Source of the DNA: an uncultured Pelagibacteraceae bacterium
GTDB lineage: Bacteria > Pseudomonadota > Alphaproteobacteria > Pelagibacterales > Pelagibacteraceae
Direction: 5' to 3'
NCBI GenBank assembly: GCA_902537055.1
Contig: CACAZW010000004.1
Coordinates: 1,970-65,969 of the forward strand
DNA length: 64,000 nt
The stretch's first letter is position 1. Every line of letters begins with the position of its first letter. The position numbers and the translations under genes are program-made. This document shows positions 21,404-31,521 of this stretch, piece after piece. The notes under the pieces were generated by a model. The model was not told where the DNA came from, ran no database searches, and saw nothing but the letters and a program-made list of their open reading frames with translations.

Positions 21404-22180
21404 ATGGGTAGAATTAATATAGCCATAACAGGATGCATGGGAAGAATGGGTCAACAGCTCATTAAATCTGCTATAAAAGATAAGTCCACGAAATTAGTTG
21501 CTCTTACTGAAAATAGATCCATTAAAAAGAAAATTAATGGAATTAAGCCAGAATTAAATACTGAAAAAGCTCTAAGTAAAGCTAATGTGATAATAGATTT
21601 CACAATACCAAAATGTACATTTGAAGTTTTAAAGATAGCTACAAAGTTAAAAAAGAAAGTAGTTATAGGAACAACAGGTTTTACAAAAAAAGAGGAAGAT
21701 TTAATTAAAAAATTTTCTAAAAGTATCCCAATTTTAAAAGCGGGCAATATGAGCCTTGGAATTAATCTACTTATGTATCTAACAGAGATCACATCCGCAT
21801 CGCTTGGCAATAATTATCTAAGTAAAGTTTTTGAAGTTCATCACAAACACAAAAAAGATCATCCATCGGGTACAGCCTTGATGCTCGGAAAAGGAATTGC
21901 TGAAGGAAAAAATAAAGACTTTTATAAGATGATAGGAAAAAAATATTTAAATAAAAAAAAATTTCCTTATGGAAAAAAAATTAATTTCAATTCAATTAGG
22001 AAAGGCGAAATTATAGGTGAACACGAAGTTACTTTTTCAAGTGGAAAAGAGATAATTACACTAAACCACGAAGCTTTTGACAGAGCTTTATATTCAGATG
22101 GAGCAATAATTGCAGCAAAATGGTTAATTAATAAAAGACCGGGCCTTTATTCGATGAGAAATCTTCTGAATTTTAAATAA
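21404..22180 (+). CDS. dapB: 4-hydroxy-tetrahydrodipicolinate reductase
   Basis: GCMGRMG, GTTG and EVHHKHKKDHPSGTA motifs. Confidence 0.96.
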   Translation: MGRINIAITGCMGRMGQQLIKSAIKDKSTKLVALTENRSIKKKINGIKPELNTEKALSKANVIIDFTIPKCTFEVLKIATKLKKKVVIGTTGFTKKEEDLIKKFSKSIPILKAGNMSLGINLLMYLTEITSASLGNNYLSKVFEVHHKHKKDHPSGTALMLGKGIAEGKNKDFYKMIGKKYLNKKKFPYGKKINFNSIRKGEIIGEHEVTFSSGKEIITLNHEAFDRALYSDGAIIAAKWLINKRPGLYSMRNLLNFK

Positions 22181-22833
22181 TGAATGAAGTTCAAAGAGCT
22201 AAAATAGTTTTAAGAATACTCAATAAAACTTACCCGGCAACACCTATACCATTAAAACACAGAAATATATTCACTCTTTTAATATCCGTTCTACTCTCAG
22301 CTCAATGCACAGATGTAAATGTTAATAATGTTACAAAAAATATTTATCCAAAATACAATAAACCTGAACATTTTGTTAAGCTTGGTAGAAAGAAAATAGA
22401 AAAATTAATAAGAAGTATTGGAATTTTTAGAGTTAAAGCAAAGAGCATTTATAATTTGTCAAAGACTTTAGTTGAAAAATATAATGGTAGAGTTCCAAAA
22501 ACTTTTGAGGAGTTAGAGGATTTACCTGGGGTGGGACACAAAACGGCAAGTGTAGTTATGTCCCAAGGTTTTGGATATCCTGCATTTCCAATAGATACAC
22601 ATATACATAGGCTCGCTCAACGATGGGGTTTAACTAATGGAAAAAATGTTGTTCAAACAGAAGAAGATTTGAAGCGTTTATTCCCAAAAAAATATTGGAA
22701 TAAACTCCATCTTCAAATAATTTATTACGGAAGGAAATATTGTAAGGCAAGAGAGTGTTACGGTATTTCTTGTAAAATTTGTACTTCTTGTTATCCTAAA
22801 AGAAAAAAGCCGGTTAAAACAAAGAAAGCTTAA
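22180..22833 (+). CDS. nth: Endonuclease III
   Basis: LSAQCTD, HhH LPGVGHKTA, DTH and C-terminal Fe-S cysteines. Confidence 0.95.
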   Translation: MNEVQRAKIVLRILNKTYPATPIPLKHRNIFTLLISVLLSAQCTDVNVNNVTKNIYPKYNKPEHFVKLGRKKIEKLIRSIGIFRVKAKSIYNLSKTLVEKYNGRVPKTFEELEDLPGVGHKTASVVMSQGFGYPAFPIDTHIHRLAQRWGLTNGKNVVQTEEDLKRLFPKKYWNKLHLQIIYYGRKYCKARECYGISCKICTSCYPKRKKPVKTKKA

Positions 22834-22834
22834 G

Positions 22835-23764
22835 ATGAAAATTCTAGGAATAGGAAATGCAATTGTAGATGTTATTTGTAAAGTTAACGAAGGTTTCATT
22901 GAACAAAATAATTTAACAAAAGGAACCATGAAGCTTATTTTTGATGATAAGGAATTTAAGAATATGTTATCTAATCTTAAAATTGAAAAAACTATATCAG
23001 GAGGATCTGTAGCAAATTCTATTGTAGGATTATCTCAGCTTGGTAATAAAGTTGGTTTTATTGGTAAGGTGAGTGATGACGAGCTAGGAAGTAAATATGA
23101 AGATGGTTTAAAATCAGAGAATGTTGAGTATTTTTACTCTAAGAAGAAAGAAGAATTACCAACAGGAACTTGTTTAATTTTAGTAACTCCAGATTCGGAA
23201 AGAACAATGTGCACATTTTTGGGTACAGCTGGAAAAATTAATGAAAATGATGTAGATGCGAACATCATAAAACAGTCTGAAATGATATTTCTTGAGGGGT
23301 ATTTGTGGGATGAGGGAGAACCAAAAAAAGCATTTGAAAAAGCTATAAAAAGTGCCAATAAGGTTGCGATGTCGTTGTCAGATCAGTTTTGCGTAGATAG
23401 GCATAAGGAACATTTTTTAAATTTAGTAGAAAATAAATTAGATATTACCTTTGCAAATGAACAAGAAATAATGTCTTTAATTGATGCAAAAAATTTCAGC
23501 GATGTAATTGATTTCGGAAAAAATTTAAAAAAACTACTAGTTATAACTAGAGGAGATAAAGGCGCTATATCAATAAACGGAGATGAGGTAGTTGAGAATG
23601 GAATAGAAAAAAATTTGAATATTAGAGATCTTACAGGTGCTGGAGATTTATTTGCAGCAGGTTTTTTGCACGGAAATATCAATACATTAAGTACAATTGA
23701 AAGTCTTAATATGGGAAGAGAAATGTCCTCAAAAGTAATTCAACAGATAGGGGCTAGATTATAA
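22835..23764 (+). CDS. PfkB-family (adenosine) kinase
   Basis: GNAIVD, GGSVAN and DLTGAGDLF motifs. Confidence 0.88.
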   Translation: MKILGIGNAIVDVICKVNEGFIEQNNLTKGTMKLIFDDKEFKNMLSNLKIEKTISGGSVANSIVGLSQLGNKVGFIGKVSDDELGSKYEDGLKSENVEYFYSKKKEELPTGTCLILVTPDSERTMCTFLGTAGKINENDVDANIIKQSEMIFLEGYLWDEGEPKKAFEKAIKSANKVAMSLSDQFCVDRHKEHFLNLVENKLDITFANEQEIMSLIDAKNFSDVIDFGKNLKKLLVITRGDKGAISINGDEVVENGIEKNLNIRDLTGAGDLFAAGFLHGNINTLSTIESLNMGREMSSKVIQQIGARL

Positions 23765-23766
23765 TT

Positions 23767-24378
23767 ATGACCCTGGTCGAAAAAAAAATTTTAAAATTTT
23801 TCTCTCACCCTATTTTTCACTACAAAGTTGAAAATTTTGAAAGACATAATGAAAACTTATCGAAATATATTTATGACCTTTATGAAAATGACAAAAATGG
23901 CTTAATTAGATCAAATCAAGGAGGATGGCATTCAAAACCTTTTGATCTAAAAAAAAAGGGTGAGCCGCCATTTGATTTCTTTATGGAAATTCAAAAGTAT
24001 GTTGCTGATGTATTTAAGGAATATGGATGGATTTATACACCGGAGAAGGTAAATCTTACAGAAATGTGGGCAATTATTAATAAAAAAAATAATTTTAATA
24101 TAGAACATACGCATCCAAATAATTATTTAAGCGCAGCTTATTACGTTAGTGCTCCAGAAAATTGTGGGTCATTTAATGTTTCAAATCCTAATCAGGTTTC
24201 AAAAGAGAGAATAGCTATTAGTGATAAGAGAACGGAATTTAACCAGAATATTGCGCAAATAAAACCTGTGACAGGAGATTTATTACTTTTTCCAGCTTAT
24301 CTTCCTCATTCGGTTGGTACGAATTTATCAGATGAAGATAGAATAGTAATAAGTTTTAATATCGATATTTTAAAATAA
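23767..24378 (+). CDS. Putative 2OG-Fe(II) oxygenase (TIGR02466-like)
   Basis: SNQGGWHS, HTHP..LSAAYY, LFPAYLPHSV and RIVISFN motifs. Confidence 0.8.
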   Translation: MTLVEKKILKFFSHPIFHYKVENFERHNENLSKYIYDLYENDKNGLIRSNQGGWHSKPFDLKKKGEPPFDFFMEIQKYVADVFKEYGWIYTPEKVNLTEMWAIINKKNNFNIEHTHPNNYLSAAYYVSAPENCGSFNVSNPNQVSKERIAISDKRTEFNQNIAQIKPVTGDLLLFPAYLPHSVGTNLSDEDRIVISFNIDILK

Positions 24379-24498
24379 CTATCTTTTTTTTCTTTTAAAA
24401 CTACCTTTTCCTTTTTTAGGTTTTATTATTTTAGGTTTATATTTTTTTGTAAACAAATCTTTTGCAATTAGATTTTTTTTGTTTGATTTTTTAATCAT
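24379..24498 (-). CDS. arfA: ArfA-like alternative ribosome rescue factor, 39 aa (not in ORF track)
   Basis: Manual translation MIKKSNKKNLIAKDLFTKKYKPKIIKPKKGKGSFKRKKR*; KKGKGS-aromatic-x-RK motif and upstream N-x-I, L, aromatic spacing match ArfA. Confidence 0.72.
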   Translation of the reverse strand: MIKKSNKKNLIAKDLFTKKYKPKIIKPKKGKGSFKRKKR

Positions 24499-24521
24499 TT
24501 GTATAGTGCTTGTTAGAAAAA

Positions 24522-25076
24522 TTATTGTATTTTATAACCTAATTTTAAACTTTTTATAAAATTATTATCGTCGAAAGTTTTTAAGATTTTTTTTCTTAGT
24601 CTATATACATGAGTTTCAACTGTATGTGTTTCGAGTTTAGACTTATAACCCCAAACATTATTTTGAAGTTCGTTTATTGATACAGCATTATTTGCATTAT
24701 TTAAAAAACTAATAATCAATGCTTCTTTTTCTGTTAAAGGCAGAACTTTATCTTTTTTTGACAATTTTCGAGTATTAAAATTTACAACATAATTTCCAAT
24801 TTTTATATTTTTTTGAAAATCAATTTTCTTTTTTAAAAAGCTTAAGTTTATAGAATCAATCAGCTTTGATAATTTAATTGGTTTTGATTGTATTTTTATT
24901 TGATTTTCTAATTTAAGTTCATCGTCAGAAATTATTAAATCTAAAGTATGAAAACTTTTCTCTTCTATCTCAATATTACTTATTGACTTAATATTAAAAC
25001 TGACAAGATGCTTTATTTCAAATAAAATATCATACAAAATAGTTGAATTGTGGATTAATAAATTTTGTTTATGCAT
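24522..25076 (-). CDS. OmpR-family winged-helix regulator with degenerate receiver domain (CenR-like)
   Basis: LTEKE, VWGY, ETHTVETHVYRLRKK and GY motifs; short N-domain; adjacent to L,D-transpeptidase, yggS and leuS. Confidence 0.75.
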   Translation of the reverse strand: MHKQNLLIHNSTILYDILFEIKHLVSFNIKSISNIEIEEKSFHTLDLIISDDELKLENQIKIQSKPIKLSKLIDSINLSFLKKKIDFQKNIKIGNYVVNFNTRKLSKKDKVLPLTEKEALIISFLNNANNAVSINELQNNVWGYKSKLETHTVETHVYRLRKKILKTFDDNNFIKSLKLGYKIQ

Positions 25077-25087
25077 TATTTTAGATT

Positions 25088-25582
25088 ATGACAATTATTG
25101 TAAAAAATAAAGATACACTTTTGTTTGATGATTTTGAGTTTAAATGTTGTGTTGGCAAAAAAGGATTTGCTAAAAATAAATTAGAAGGAGATAAAAAAAC
25201 ACCTATTGGTATTTTCTCACTTGGGAATTTATATTATAGGCATGATAAAGTTGAGAAACCTGAAACAAATTTAAAAGTTATTAAGATTAAAAAAAATATG
25301 GCTTGGTGTGACGATGTAAATAATGAAAAATTTTATAATAAAATTACTAATCTAAGCAAAAAAATTAAATCTGAAAAGTTATTCAGAAATGATTATAAAT
25401 ATGATTATTTTATTCCAATTAAATATAATTGGATAAGTCCAAAGATTCCTAAAGGTAGTGCAATATTTTTACATTTGACAAAAAATTACAAAAGCACAAA
25501 CGGTTGTATTGCAATGATGAAAAAGGATTTTTTAATTTTATTAAAATTAATAAAAAAGAACACTAAAATTAAAATTCTTTAA
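25088..25582 (+). CDS. L,D-transpeptidase (YkuD) family protein
   Basis: EGDKKTPIG and GSAIFLH...TNGC motifs. Confidence 0.85.
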   Translation: MTIIVKNKDTLLFDDFEFKCCVGKKGFAKNKLEGDKKTPIGIFSLGNLYYRHDKVEKPETNLKVIKIKKNMAWCDDVNNEKFYNKITNLSKKIKSEKLFRNDYKYDYFIPIKYNWISPKIPKGSAIFLHLTKNYKSTNGCIAMMKKDFLILLKLIKKNTKIKIL

Positions 25583-26229
25583 TTTCTTTTTCCGAATATA
25601 TCAGAACCTATTCTCAAAAATGTAGATCCGTGCTGTAAAGCATCTAAATAGTCAGAAGACATTCCCATACTTAATTCATTAAAATTATGTTTTTGTTTTA
25701 AATCTAACATTTTTTTAAAATATTTTACTGAATTATCATCAATTGGAGGAATACACATCAAACCTACTACATTTAATTTTAAATCTTTACAAAAATTATA
25801 AAAATCATCTAATTTATTTACGCTTATTCCAGATTTTTGCTCCTCATTTCCAATGTTGACTTGAATAAATAATTTTATTTTCTGATTTTGATATGAGGCA
25901 ATTTTATTTGCCAACTTTTCACTATCAAGAGAATGTATAAAATCAAAAATTTTTACAGCAAACTTAACCTTATTGGTCTGTAATTTGCCTATTAAGTGCA
26001 ATTTAATATTATTATTTTCTTTTTTTACTTTTTCCCATTTTTCCACCGCTTCCTGTACCTTATTTTCTCCATAATGCGTGTGCCCATAATTTATTAAGTG
26101 CATAATATAATTAAGTTCGAAAGTTTTTGATACTGCTATAATATTAGGGTGATTTATAAAATTATTCTCGTGAAGTTTTTGCTTAACTTTTGATTGTATG
26201 TTAATTAAATTTTTTACAGTTTGATGCAT
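25579..26229 (-). CDS. yggS: PLP homeostasis protein YggS
   Basis: AVSK, GENKVQE, HLIGKLQTNK and SMGMSSD motifs. Confidence 0.95.
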   Translation of the reverse strand: MHQTVKNLINIQSKVKQKLHENNFINHPNIIAVSKTFELNYIMHLINYGHTHYGENKVQEAVEKWEKVKKENNNIKLHLIGKLQTNKVKFAVKIFDFIHSLDSEKLANKIASYQNQKIKLFIQVNIGNEEQKSGISVNKLDDFYNFCKDLKLNVVGLMCIPPIDDNSVKYFKKMLDLKQKHNFNELSMGMSSDYLDALQHGSTFLRIGSDIFGKRN

Positions 26230-26751
26230 ATCTTAAAATTAAAAAAATATTATTTTGTAAATCAGTTTAATAAAAATAATATTGATAATTTAGACAATAA
26301 TACAACAATTATTTACAGAAATTATAAAAAACAAAATGATTTAAAATGTATAATTAAAATTAGAGATTATTGTAGGAAAAAAAGGATTAAATTCTATATT
26401 TCAAATAATATTAAATTATCATTAAATCTTAAGCTAGATGGAGCATATATACCTTCTTTTAATAAAAGTTATAAACATCTATCATACACATTTAAAAAAA
26501 AATTTGAATTAATTGGTTCTGTACATAATATTAAAGAAATAAAAACAAAGGAAATTCAAAAAGTTCAAACGTTATTTCTATCGTCTTTATTTAAAAAGAA
26601 TAAGAACCACTTAGGTATAAGAAAATTTAATAACATAAGTAAGTTAACAAAAAAAAGAGTGATAGCGCTTGGAGGAATTTCTACAAATAACATTAAAAAA
26701 TTGAAAATTGTTAAATGTATAGGATTTAGTGGAATTAGTTATTTCGAATAA
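26224..26751 (+). CDS. Degenerate thiamine-phosphate synthase/TenI-family protein
   Basis: DGAYIP, GSVH and IALGGI motifs of the ThiE barrel; ATG at 26224. Confidence 0.65.
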   Translation: MHILKLKKYYFVNQFNKNNIDNLDNNTTIIYRNYKKQNDLKCIIKIRDYCRKKRIKFYISNNIKLSLNLKLDGAYIPSFNKSYKHLSYTFKKKFELIGSVHNIKEIKTKEIQKVQTLFLSSLFKKNKNHLGIRKFNNISKLTKKRVIALGGISTNNIKKLKIVKCIGFSGISYFE

Positions 26752-26780
26752 AAAAAAGGCCTCATCTCTGAGGCCTTTTT
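26751..26780. terminator. Bidirectional intrinsic terminator
   Basis: AAAAAGGCCTCA-tctc-TGAGGCCTTTTT between convergent genes; longer U-tract on the porin (minus) strand. Confidence 0.88.
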
Positions 26781-26798
26781 AATAATATTATCTATAAC

Positions 26799-27743
26799 TT
26801 AGAAGTTAAAAGATAATCCTAAGCTATATGCTTCTCTGCTGTTAGTTGTACTGTTATCGATGTTATCTACATCGTGAACTGTTCCAACTATACCTAAAGA
26901 TCCCATAGTATATGAGAAACTTACTGCTGCAGCTTCTTGATCTGGGTTTCCAGAACTTACTTCTTCAATTTCATGGTTACCGTAAGAAATTGCAAGGTCA
27001 TCGTTTACTTGGTAAGATACACCAATACCAGTTGACTCGTAGTCTGAACCAGTTTCCATGTCGTTTTCAGACATTTGGATACCTACTGTGAAACCACCAA
27101 TTGCATATGTAGCATACATTGTGCTTTCATCACCTTTAGTATTAGTTGTTACCTCAACATCTTGTTGTGCATAACCAATAGTTAAACCTTCCATACCAGT
27201 ATATTCAATACCGTATGAAGTATGTGAAACATCTGTTACTGCATCTGCTGCGTTAACGTATGTTACAGTACCTGTTACACCTGTCTCATGCGCATAAGAG
27301 TATGAAAACATGTTGTTACCACCTGCACCACCGATTACATGAGCTTCTGCACCAGTTACGATATCCCATGGCTCTTCGTTAGCTGTTGGCATTACGTCAT
27401 CTTTTGCACCAAGAGCTGAGCTTCCACCGTGACCATGGAAAGTTAATGTTCCAGCATCACCTAAATCAAAAGCGATTGACTGGTTGTCAAACTCTGATCC
27501 TGCATCTGCGTCGTCACCATCTAACTCGTAAGTTAAAGTAACACCGATGTCATTTACGTCACCTGAAGCAGAGAACGTAAGTGAGTCACCCATTGTCCAT
27601 CCCTGACCTTGAGTTGTTTTCTCGTCACCACCAGTATATGACATACCAGCAGAACCAGAGACTGACATTTCAGCTGCTGAAACTGAACCAGCAACTAGGG
27701 AACCAGCAAGAGCTGTTAACCCTATTTTTTTTATATTGTTCAT
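26799..27743 (-). CDS. Outer-membrane porin (SAR11 type)
   Basis: Signal peptide, alternating beta-strand pattern, acidic, C-terminal Phe (YSLGLSFNF), strong AAGGAG SD. Confidence 0.85.
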   Translation of the reverse strand: MNNIKKIGLTALAGSLVAGSVSAAEMSVSGSAGMSYTGGDEKTTQGQGWTMGDSLTFSASGDVNDIGVTLTYELDGDDADAGSEFDNQSIAFDLGDAGTLTFHGHGGSSALGAKDDVMPTANEEPWDIVTGAEAHVIGGAGGNNMFSYSYAHETGVTGTVTYVNAADAVTDVSHTSYGIEYTGMEGLTIGYAQQDVEVTTNTKGDESTMYATYAIGGFTVGIQMSENDMETGSDYESTGIGVSYQVNDDLAISYGNHEIEEVSSGNPDQEAAAVSFSYTMGSLGIVGTVHDVDNIDNSTTNSREAYSLGLSFNF

Positions 27744-27963
27744 ATTAAGTACTCCTTATGTTTAGTTTAATATTAAACAAGAACCTTGTATCAAAAATCA
27801 TCAAATACACTTATATTTTGGCTAGTTTAGGATAAATTATTATAAAAGTGTTGCAAAAATACATCTATAATATCCTTTTAAAATATATGCTTTTTTGAAT
27901 TATAAATAATATTATTAAATCTTTAGTAAATGTTCTAAAAACCAGTGCTTTAAAAATAAAACT

Positions 27964-28512
27964 ATGATGACACGAATAATTCCTCTCTTATTGATATTTA
28001 TACTTATTGGGGCATGTAATGGAAAAGTTCCTGGAGCTGATGCTAGAAAAATTCCACCAAACGCTCAGGATAGAATTAAAAAAAATATAGAAGAAGGAAG
28101 GGGTTTTACCTTAATGGGCGGTAATCAAGAGAAAAATTCAGGAGAATTTGATTTTGCAAGTTCAAATGAATTATGGAGAGCATCATTAGACACACTTGAT
28201 TTTATGCCATTAGCGCTTGCAAATTATAGCGGGGGTATCATCGTGACGGATTGGTATAGTGACGGTTCATCTGATGGTGAGTCTGTGAAAATTTCAATAA
28301 GATTTCTTAGCAATGAGGTTAGGGCAGACGCATTAAATATCAAAGTATTTTATAAAAATTGCTCAATACAAAATAATTGTAAAATTTCAGATAAATCTGA
28401 AAATTTATCAGGCGAATTGGCAAGAAAAATATTATCCAAAGCAGCTATTTATGAAAAAGAGACACAGAGTAAAAAGAAAAGAAAATATAATGCTGTGAAC
28501 TATAAAGACTAA
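27964..28512 (+). CDS. DUF3576-family lipoprotein
   Basis: Lipobox IGAC; [23 protein letters not shown] motif; upstream of leuS. Confidence 0.85.
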   Translation: MMTRIIPLLLIFILIGACNGKVPGADARKIPPNAQDRIKKNIEEGRGFTLMGGNQEKNSGEFDFASSNELWRASLDTLDFMPLALANYSGGIIVTDWYSDGSSDGESVKISIRFLSNEVRADALNIKVFYKNCSIQNNCKISDKSENLSGELARKILSKAAIYEKETQSKKKRKYNAVNYKD

Positions 28513-28526
28513 TAAAATCTTTTGTT

Positions 28527-31070
28527 GTGGAAAGATATAATTTCAAAAAAGTTGAGGAAAAATGGCAAAACTATTGGTCTGAAAATAATAGTTTTTTAGC
28601 AAAAATTAATAAGAAAAAAAAATTTTATTGTCTAGAGATGTTTCCATACCCATCTGGAAAAATTCATATGGGTCATGTTCGTAATTATACTATTGGTGAT
28701 GTTTTATCTAGATACAAAACTTTAAAAGGTTTTAATGTTATGCATCCAATGGGGTGGGACGCATTTGGAATGCCTGCTGAAAATGCTGCGCGGGAAAATG
28801 ATTTAGATCCTAAAGAGTGGACAAATAAAAATATATACACTATGAAAAATCAATTGAAAAAACTTGGTTTATCAATTGACTGGAGTAGAGAAATATCCAC
28901 TTGCTCTGAAGAATATTATAAACATCAACAATCATTTTTTTTGGAACTACTAGAGAAAAAACTTGTCTATAGAAAAGAAAATTATGTTAACTGGGATCCA
29001 GTTGATGAAACGGTTCTAGCGAATGAACAAGTAATTGACGGTAAGGGCTGGAGATCAGGTGCTGTTGTTGAAAGAAAAAAGTTAAGTCAGTGGTTTTTTA
29101 ATATATCAAAATTTTCTCAAGAATTACTAGATGGACTAGACGAATTAAAGACCTGGCCTAACAAAGTTAAAACAATGCAAAAAAATTGGATTGGAAAATC
29201 TTTCGGATGTGAAATTAATTTTAAAGTTGAGGGTAATTTACCTGTGGAGAGTATTAAATGTTTTACAACAAGACCAGATACTCTTTTTGGATTTTCATTT
29301 TTGGCATTATCAATAGATCATGAAATTTCAAATTATTATAAAGACAATAAAGATTTTATAAAATTTAAAGAAGAATGTTCTAAGACTGGTACAACTGAAG
29401 AAGCTATAGCTGTTGGAGATAAAATAGGATTTAAAACAGATCTCAAAGCAATTAACCCATTAAATACAAGTGAAAAGGTCCCTGTTTATTTTGCTAACTT
29501 TGTTTTAATGGATTATGGTTTTGGTGCTGTTTTTGGATGCCCAGGTCACGACCAAAGAGATTTTGACTTTGCTAAGAAATATAATCTAAATATTAAGACT
29601 GTTGTTAGACCTCATGACAAAGATGAAAATTTCCGAGTTGAGGAAGAGGCGTATGCTGGTCCAGGTGTTTTAATTAATTCTGAATATTTAAATGGTTTAG
29701 AAGCACCAGAAAACTCTGTAATTGAAACTATAAAAATATTAGAAAAAAAAAATTTAGGTAAAAAACAAATAAATTACAGACTTAAAGATTGGGGAGTTTC
29801 AAGGCAAAGATATTGGGGTTGCCCAATTCCTATTGTCTATGATGAAAATGGTAATGTTCATCCTATACCTAAATCGATGTTGCCTGTAAAGCTACCTGAA
29901 AATATTAACTTAAATGTTAAAGGTAATCCATTGGACAATCAAAAGGAATGGAAAGAAATTGAAATTAATGGAAAAAAAATGACAAGAGAAACAGATACAC
30001 TCGACACTTTTGTTTGCTCATCTTGGTATTATCTTAGGTTTTGTTCTCCAAAAAATAATGAATATGGATTTACTAAGGAAGATATAGATTATTGGATGCC
30101 AGTCGATCAGTATATAGGGGGGGTAGAACACGCAATTTTACATTTATTATACTCACGTTTTTTTATGAGAGCACTTGATTACAAAAATAATAATTTTAAT
30201 ATTAAGGAGCCATTTGAAAGTTTATTCACACAAGGAATGGTTTGTCACGAAACGTATAAAGATAGCAATAACAACTGGGTTAGTCCAGACGAAATAGAAA
30301 AAAAAGGCAATAAATTTGTTTTAAAGAAAAATCCAAAAGAGATTATTAAAGTCGGACCATCAGAGTCTATGTCGAAATCAAAAAAAAATGTAATTGATCC
30401 AGAATTCATTATTAAAAATTATGGTGCAGACGCGGTTCGTCTTTTTATCTTATCTGATAGCCCACCTGAGAAGGATGTGCAATGGTCAGAACAAGGTATG
30501 ATATCTTCATATAAGTTTATTCAGAAACTTTGGATTTTACATAATGAAATAAAAAATAAAATTTTAAATGATCAGCATGATAAAAATGATAATGAGGAAA
30601 TTAAAAGGTTCACTAATCAAATTATAGAAAAAATTACATATAATCTTGAGAAATTTAACTACAATGTGATCGTGGCAAATATGTATGAAACCTATAACTA
30701 TTTGATCAATCATATAAAAAATATCAAAAGTTCAAACAATTTAAAGGAGAGTTATAAACAAATACTTATATGTTTCACACCAGTTATACCTCATTTCACA
30801 AATGAATGCTTAGAAGATTTAGAAATAAACGATATATTGAATTGGCCTGAATTTGATAAATCAATAGTTGAAGAAAATAATATAAATGTAGTTGTTCAAA
30901 TTAACGGTAAAAAGAGGTCTATTTTAAATACTAAAAAAGATAGCGCACAAGAACAACTTTTAGAACTAGCAAAAAAAGATAAAATAGTCAGGAAGTATTT
31001 GGAAAATAAAAATATAAATAAAGTTGTTTTTGTGAAAAATAGATTGATTAATATTTTAGTGAATGAGTAG
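28527..31070 (+). CDS. leuS: Leucine--tRNA ligase
   Basis: MFPYPSG, HMGH, TTRPDT and MSKS motifs; GTG start. Confidence 0.98.
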   Translation: MERYNFKKVEEKWQNYWSENNSFLAKINKKKKFYCLEMFPYPSGKIHMGHVRNYTIGDVLSRYKTLKGFNVMHPMGWDAFGMPAENAARENDLDPKEWTNKNIYTMKNQLKKLGLSIDWSREISTCSEEYYKHQQSFFLELLEKKLVYRKENYVNWDPVDETVLANEQVIDGKGWRSGAVVERKKLSQWFFNISKFSQELLDGLDELKTWPNKVKTMQKNWIGKSFGCEINFKVEGNLPVESIKCFTTRPDTLFGFSFLALSIDHEISNYYKDNKDFIKFKEECSKTGTTEEAIAVGDKIGFKTDLKAINPLNTSEKVPVYFANFVLMDYGFGAVFGCPGHDQRDFDFAKKYNLNIKTVVRPHDKDENFRVEEEAYAGPGVLINSEYLNGLEAPENSVIETIKILEKKNLGKKQINYRLKDWGVSRQRYWGCPIPIVYDENGNVHPIPKSMLPVKLPENINLNVKGNPLDNQKEWKEIEINGKKMTRETDTLDTFVCSSWYYLRFCSPKNNEYGFTKEDIDYWMPVDQYIGGVEHAILHLLYSRFFMRALDYKNNNFNIKEPFESLFTQGMVCHETYKDSNNNWVSPDEIEKKGNKFVLKKNPKEIIKVGPSESMSKSKKNVIDPEFIIKNYGADAVRLFILSDSPPEKDVQWSEQGMISSYKFIQKLWILHNEIKNKILNDQHDKNDNEEIKRFTNQIIEKITYNLEKFNYNVIVANMYETYNYLINHIKNIKSSNNLKESYKQILICFTPVIPHFTNECLEDLEINDILNWPEFDKSIVEENNINVVVQINGKKRSILNTKKDSAQEQLLELAKKDKIVRKYLENKNINKVVFVKNRLINILVNE

Positions 31071-31521
31071 AGTATTAAGTTTTTTAATTTTGCTGATAGC
31101 TATAAGCGGGTGTTCATACACTCCAATATACTCAGATAAAGAATCCAATTTTAAAATTGATGAGATAAATTTTGAAGGTGAAAAATTTATTAATGAAATA
31201 ATTAAGAATAGTCTTGAAACACAAGCAAAAGGAGACAAGAAGTATAGTATTTATTTTAAAACCATTAAAAATAGGCAAATAGTATCTTCAGATATACAAG
31301 GAGACCCAAAAATATTCAAAATAAAAATTATTTTAGAATACAAATTGTATCATAACGACAAAAAAATTTCTGAGGATAAAATAGTAAAACAAACTTCTTA
31401 TAATAGCATAGACGATAAATATGAGCTTTCACAATATGAAAACAATATTCTAAAAAATTTATCTAAAATTATTTCTGATGAAATATTATTTTCAATTAAA
31501 CTTTTAGAAAATGATAATTAA
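31063..31521 (+). CDS. lptE: LPS assembly lipoprotein LptE-like
   Basis: Lipobox [10 protein letters not shown]; leuS-lptE-holA synteny. Confidence 0.7.
   Translation: MSRVLSFLILLIAISGCSYTPIYSDKESNFKIDEINFEGEKFINEIIKNSLETQAKGDKKYSIYFKTIKNRQIVSSDIQGDPKIFKIKIILEYKLYHNDKKISEDKIVKQTSYNSIDDKYELSQYENNILKNLSKIISDEILFSIKLLENDN

Noticed and set aside
30355-30385. LeuS SMSKS instead of KMSKS
   Set aside because: The second, catalytic Lys is retained and first-position variation is common in class I synthetases
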